Below, one piece after another: positions 59,581 to 64,000 of a DNA stretch of 64,000 bases. Made by a program: the position numbers and the translations under genes. The notes under the pieces were generated by a model. It saw only the letters and a program-made list of their open reading frames with translations, searched no databases and was not told where the DNA came from. The DNA lies in the NCBI GenBank assembly GCA_044229975.1, contig JBGARZ010000012.1, positions 256,001-320,000 of the forward strand. The letters run 5' to 3'. The DNA is from Polyangiales bacterium (GTDB lineage: Bacteria > Myxococcota_A > Polyangia > Polyangiales > Ga0077539). Each line of letters opens with the position of its first letter. Position 1 is the stretch's first letter.

Positions 59581-59632
59581 GGATTGCGCAGGGCGATTGC
59601 ACAAGCGGGTTGTGCAGTGGGGTTGCGCACGG
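59581..59632. repeat. 4 x 13-bp direct repeat with TTGYRCA core, candidate regulator site
   Basis: TTGCGCA 59584, TTGCACA 59597, TTGTGCA 59610 and TTGCGCA 59623. Confidence 0.7.
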
Positions 59633-59826
59633 GGCGGGCGGGCGGGGTAGCGGGGCGAGCGGTGGGCGGGGGGCGGGCGGGCGGTCACTGGGGGCCACGC
59701 CGCGGCGTCCGCGCGGCGCACGACGGTCACATCAACGCGCCCGACCTTGCTGAGATCCGGACATGCCTCCTATAAGCGACCGTCGTTCGGATCACGGCGG
59801 GTGGTCGTCGCCTCGGAGGAGCATTC

Positions 59827-61710
59827 ATGCGGCGGATGGCCAGCGGACTGACGGCGACGATGCTCGCCGCAATCGTCGTCGCCGGGTGTGAGCGCCCGCG
59901 CACGGAGCTGGTGGTGCGCGTCGACTCCGAGGTCGCGTGGGGACCATCCGCGACGGTGCAGGCCATCACGCTCACGGTTCGACGCGGCGGCCCGTCTGGG
60001 GTCCTGCGCAGCCAGCGCACGACGACGCTCGGCACGGACGACGGACGCCTCCCGCTGCCACTCCGGGTGGGGGTGCTTGCCTCGGACGACGACACCGAGA
60101 CGCCCGTCTGGCTGGAGGCGCTCGGGTGCAGCAACCCCAACGGCTGCACGCCCGCGACGGCGGTGGTCGCGCAGCGCGCGGTGGTGCGCTTCGGCCGGCG
60201 GCAGACGGTGGAGGTGCCGCTGCTGCTGGCGTCGGCGTGCGTGGGCGTCGTGTGTCGGAGCGATCAGCGCTGCGAGGCGGGGCAGTGTGAGGCGGCGACG
60301 ACGGCGCCCGTCGGCGGCGTGGACGCGGGCACGCGGGACGCCGTGGTCGATCGGGTGACGGCGGTCGACAGCGGGACGACGGATCTCGGGAGTGATGTGG
60401 GCGGCACGGACGCGGTGGCGTTTGACGGGCCCTCGAGTTGCGGCGCGTTGGAACTCTCCTGCGGAGGCGCCTGCCGCCGGGTGCTCACCGATCCGATGCA
60501 CTGCGGCGACTGCAACGTGATGTGCCCCACGGTCGCTGGCGCGACGGCGACGTGCATGGGCGGGCGCTGCGGGTACTCGTGCGACGGTGCCCACGCCGAC
60601 TGCGACGAGCGCGCGAGCAATGGGTGTGAGTCCGAGCGAGCCGTGGACCACGCGAACTGCGGCCGGTGCGGGATGGCGTGTACCGACGCCCAGGAGTGTC
60701 GCGATGGCGCGTGCGGCGCGTGCGGGACTGGCCGTGAGTGGTGCACGGGACTCGGCTGCACAACCCTCCGAGACAACGACATGAATTGCGGAGGATGCGG
60801 CACTGTTTGCCCGCTCGGATATGTCTGCCGAGGGTTCTCCTGCACCGCCAACGTCTGCGACGCGGGAGTGCCAGTGGATGCGGAGGGGCGCGCGATCTGG
60901 TTGCAGTGCCCGGGCGGGTGCGTGGACACGGAGCACGACCCACGAAACTGCGGGCGTTGCGGGAACGTCTGCCCGCCGGAAAACGCCACTTGTTACGGTG
61001 GTGGGTGTCGGGATGGGATGTGCCCCCAGGGCTTCCGTCTGCTGCCCGCAGGTTCGTTCATGATGGGTGGCGACGACGCAGGTCCCTTGCACCGCGTCAC
61101 CTTCGCCCGCGCCTCTTGCATCATGGATCACGAGGTCACGGCAGTGGAGTATTCCAACTGTCGCGACCGTGGGTGCGTGGAACCCACGACAAGCGCAGCG
61201 TGCCCTTCGTCGACGCTAAACTGGCCCACCACGGGGCATGATTGGCTGTCGGTAAACTGTCTGCCGTGGTCGGCCGCTGATGCCTACTGCCGCACGATGG
61301 TCGGTCGTCTGCCGACCGAAGCTGAGTGGGAGTACGCCGCACGCGGTACCGACGGTCGCGCATACCCGTGGGGCAACGCGGCACCCTCCGTCACAGACAC
61401 CCCGCAGCGCCTTTGTTGGAATCGAACGGACGGCTCCTGCGACTGGCGAGAGTTCACGGCGGGCGCGTCTGCGTTTCACGCCTTTCACATGGCGGGCAAC
61501 CTCGCCGAGTGGGTCGCGGATTGGCACGGCGCGTATCCATCGGGCGCGCAATCCGACCCGCGCGGGCCTTCCTCAGGGACGGAGCGAGTGGTGCGTGGCG
61601 GCTCGTGGATGCAATCGACGCCGAGTGCGTTTACAGCCACGGCGCGAGCAAGTGCTCCTCCCACTACGGCGAGCGCGGCCTACGGGTTCCGCTGCATCTG
61701 GACGCCTTGA
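59827..61710 (+). CDS. Cys-rich lipoprotein with C-terminal FGE/SUMF1-fold domain
   Basis: GGAGG RBS, VAGC lipobox, NCG.CG repeats, RLPTEAEWEYAARG, GNLAEW, VVRGGSW and GFRC. Confidence 0.88.
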   Translation: MRRMASGLTATMLAAIVVAGCERPRTELVVRVDSEVAWGPSATVQAITLTVRRGGPSGVLRSQRTTTLGTDDGRLPLPLRVGVLASDDDTETPVWLEALGCSNPNGCTPATAVVAQRAVVRFGRRQTVEVPLLLASACVGVVCRSDQRCEAGQCEAATTAPVGGVDAGTRDAVVDRVTAVDSGTTDLGSDVGGTDAVAFDGPSSCGALELSCGGACRRVLTDPMHCGDCNVMCPTVAGATATCMGGRCGYSCDGAHADCDERASNGCESERAVDHANCGRCGMACTDAQECRDGACGACGTGREWCTGLGCTTLRDNDMNCGGCGTVCPLGYVCRGFSCTANVCDAGVPVDAEGRAIWLQCPGGCVDTEHDPRNCGRCGNVCPPENATCYGGGCRDGMCPQGFRLLPAGSFMMGGDDAGPLHRVTFARASCIMDHEVTAVEYSNCRDRGCVEPTTSAACPSSTLNWPTTGHDWLSVNCLPWSAADAYCRTMVGRLPTEAEWEYAARGTDGRAYPWGNAAPSVTDTPQRLCWNRTDGSCDWREFTAGASAFHAFHMAGNLAEWVADWHGAYPSGAQSDPRGPSSGTERVVRGGSWMQSTPSAFTATARASAPPTTASAAYGFRCIWTP

Positions 61711-61736
61711 GTGGTTCAGTAGCGCGCTGCCAACCC

Positions 61737-61941
61737 TTGGGTTGCCCGACTCCCCTGCTTGAACCGCCGGACTTCCTCTGGTGAGCCGCGCGCCTCTTCC
61801 CCATGAGCCGCCGAGCTCCTGCCCCATCAGTTGAGCGCCTGTCGCTCGCCAGTCGCCCGTCTCCCGCTTGTGAGTCGCTTGCCTCCTCCCGCCGAGTCAC
61901 CCACCTCCCGCCCGTGAGTTGCCCGCCTCCTCCCGGTGAGG
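61737..61941. repeat. Degenerate 22-bp tandem array (about 9 units)
   Basis: Unit starts at 61737, 61759, 61781, 61803, 61826, 61848, 61870, 61892 and 61914; consensus ~GTGAGYYGCCCGCCTCCYSCCS. Confidence 0.65.
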
Positions 61942-62005
61942 GTCGCGACCCCCATGCCAACGGTCGCCCACCGCCTGATCGCACAATTCGTCATCCCGTA
62001 CGAAA

Positions 62006-62290
62006 GCCCCGGCGACTGCGGGCCTGACCGTTGCGCGCCGCGCTGACGCTGCGGCGTGGCCCCGGTGACTGCGGGCCTGACCGTTGCGCACCGCGCTGAC
62101 GCCGCGGCGTAAGGCCGGTGACTGCGGACCCGACCGTTGCGCGCCGCGCTGACGCTGCGGCGTGGGCCCCGGTGACTGCGAGCCTGACCGTCGCGCGCCG
62201 CGCTGACGCTGCGGCGTAAGCCCGGGTACTGCGGACCTGACCGTTGCGCGCGGCGCGGACGCCGCGGCGTGGGCCCACCCACTGCGGGCC
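62006..62290. repeat. 53-bp tandem array (5 units plus a partial)
   Basis: ACTGCG anchor at 62015, 62068, 62121, 62175, 62228 and 62281; each unit carries the palindrome ACGCYGCGGCGT. Confidence 0.92.
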
Positions 62291-62295
62291 CCGGC

Positions 62296-63102
62296 TCACT
62301 CCACCGTCGCGAAGAACTCCTCCAGCGCGCTCGTCACCGCCGCGGGCTCCTCCAGCGTCGTCGTGTGCCCCGCGCGGGCGACCGCGACGAAGCGCGCCCC
62401 CGCGATGCCCTCCGCCGTGCGCCTCGCTCGCGCTGCGACCACGGCCCGATCGCCCTCCCCCGAGATCACCTGCGTCGGCGTCTTGATGCGCCCGAGGAGG
62501 TGCGTCACCGGGCGGCGCATGAGCACACCCTCGATGGCCACCTCCACGGCGCGCGGATCGAGGGCCGCCAGCTCCGCGCGCAGTGCCTCGCGCTCGACGA
62601 CGCGCGCCGGGTCGGTGAGGAAGTCCTCGCCAAACATGATCCGCATGACCCGCGACGACAGCGGACCAACCCCGAAGGCGCGCGCCCCGAGGGTCATCGC
62701 GCGGTACTTCGGGATGCTCGCCCGTGGCTCGGCGTCGGCCGCGCTGGCGATGAGGGTGAGCGAGCGCAGCAGGTCGGGGCGGTAGACCGCGAGGCGCAGC
62801 CCGACGAAGCCGCCCATGGAGAGCCCGACGAAGTGGCACGGGCCCACGCCGAGCGCCTCGATGACGGCGGCGGCGTCGTCGGCGAGCGTGTCCATGTCGC
62901 ATCCCTCGCGGGTGAAGGCGCTGCGGCCCTGCGAGCGGAAGTCGAAGCGCACGCACCGTCGCGTGCCCCGCAGCGCCGCCACCTGCGGCTCGAACATCGC
63001 GCCGCTCCAGAGCAGCCCGTGCGCGAACACCACCGGGGTCAGCGCGCCGTCGCCGGTGTCTTCGTAGTAGAGGTCGGCGCCGTGGACGTTGAGGCGGGGC
63101 AT
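62296..63102 (-). CDS. Alpha/beta hydrolase (enol-lactonase-like)
   Basis: FAHG, DFRSQG, GLSMGG, GEGD and GH. Confidence 0.9.
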   Translation of the reverse strand: MPRLNVHGADLYYEDTGDGALTPVVFAHGLLWSGAMFEPQVAALRGTRRCVRFDFRSQGRSAFTREGCDMDTLADDAAAVIEALGVGPCHFVGLSMGGFVGLRLAVYRPDLLRSLTLIASAADAEPRASIPKYRAMTLGARAFGVGPLSSRVMRIMFGEDFLTDPARVVEREALRAELAALDPRAVEVAIEGVLMRRPVTHLLGRIKTPTQVISGEGDRAVVAARARRTAEGIAGARFVAVARAGHTTTLEEPAAVTSALEEFFATVE

Positions 63103-63231
63103 CGCGTGGGTGCATCGCCCGGACGACGCCACGCGGTCAACTGCGACGAACTGACGTTCGGGGGAGGCGTCACGTGACGAAGCCCCGCGTTGCACCCGCG
63201 CGCGCCCTGCGTGTAGCTTCCGCCGTCGACA

Positions 63232-63513
63232 ATGCACGCGGTGGTTCCACGCAACGGGGTGCGCTACGAGCTGACGTTTCGCGAAGGCGACGCGGCCTCC
63301 GCCCGCTATGACGCCGAGGTCTTCGCCAACGGCGTCACCGGCCGCGCCCTCGTCCACATCCGCCGCGACGGCGCCTCCGTCGAGGGCCCTCCCTCGGACA
63401 TCGCCGACGCCCACCTCGCGCAGCTCCTCGCGCTCGCCAAGACCCTCGGCAAGCGCGACGACGCCCCGTGGCCGCGGCGCATCAACCGATGGCGCTCTCC
63501 CGGCGTCCGCTGA
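63232..63513 (+). CDS. Small hypothetical protein
   Basis: 93-aa ORF with host-like codon usage ending WPRRINRWR; overlaps the next gene. Confidence 0.6.
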   Translation: MHAVVPRNGVRYELTFREGDAASARYDAEVFANGVTGRALVHIRRDGASVEGPPSDIADAHLAQLLALAKTLGKRDDAPWPRRINRWRSPGVR

Positions 63514-64000
63514 CCATCGCGCGACCCGCGGCGCTCGCCCTCGCGGCCGCGCTCGCCGTCCCGTCGGTGGCGCGCGCGCAGACCGCCGACGCCCCCGAGG
63601 TCGCCCTCGTCACCATCGGCCCCGGCGACGACGTCTTCTCGCGCTTCGGCCACGCCGCCCTCTGCGTGCGCGACCCCGCCACCCCGCAGGGCCGCTGTTA
63701 CAACTACGGAACCGCCGACTTCACCACGCCCGCCCCCCTCACCTGGGCGGTGCTCCGCGGCCGCGGCCGCTTCTGGGTCTCCATCGTCGACGAGCCCGCC
63801 ATGGTCGCCCACTACGCCCGCGTCGAAGACCGCACCGTCTGGCGCCAGGTGCTCGCGCTCCCGCCCGAAGCGCGCCGCCGCCTCGCCGATCGCCTCGCCT
63901 GGGACGCCCTGCCCGCCCATCGCCACTACGTCTATCACCACTATCGCGACAACTGCACGACGCGCCTCCGCGACCACCTCGACGCCGTCTCCGACCACGC
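63489..64000 (+). CDS. DUF4105/Lnb-like exported protein (runs off the window; absent from the ORF track)
   Basis: Own translation: signal peptide ..ARAQ, VTIGPG..FSRFGHAAL, YNYG and YHHYRDNCTTR. Confidence 0.82.
   Translation, partial: MALSRRPLTIARPAALALAAALAVPSVARAQTADAPEVALVTIGPGDDVFSRFGHAALCVRDPATPQGRCYNYGTADFTTPAPLTWAVLRGRGRFWVSIVDEPAMVAHYARVEDRTVWRQVLALPPEARRRLADRLAWDALPAHRHYVYHHYRDNCTTRLRDHLDAVSDH

Noticed and set aside
59827..61710. Diversity-generating retroelement targeting the FGE/CLec domains (also 19581-20420)
   Set aside because: No reverse transcriptase and no template repeat differing at adenines was found in the window.
62006..62290. CRISPR array
   Set aside because: Units are contiguous with no unique spacers, and there are no cas genes in the window.

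Overview
Very GC-rich bacterial DNA whose gene content (Cys-rich, RCC1 and PEGA lipoproteins, Ser/Thr kinase, FHA-sigma54 activator, Uma2) suggests a Myxococcota/Polyangia-like organism (inference). The main feature is a ~13 kb defence-type locus at 9.8-22.5 kb. A divergent HTH-S24 repressor faces a coupled sspB(DUF4007)-sspC(ATPase)-sspD(PAPS reductase) DNA phosphorothioation module. No sspE or sspFGH follows; instead there is a lower-GC two-gene cassette encoding a split-motif GIY-YIG nuclease and a 737-aa DGQHR/DndB-like protein. Converging on it are a phosphorothioation-associated methyltransferase, an FGE-fold gene and xisH-xisI. Also present: an acyl-CoA oxidation operon, a membrane-free FtsH-like AAA-M41 protease, a sigma54-promoter-driven trypsin/PAN protease, a kaiC-kaiB-kaiB-PAS histidine kinase operon, a MASE1-PAS-GGDEF-EAL gene, a glycolipid operon, three different long intergenic inverted repeats, and 13-, 22- and 53-bp tandem arrays. 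No rRNA, tRNA, CRISPR array, integrase or transposase was recognised. All family calls come from motif recognition, not database searches; several start codons are my choice among alternatives.
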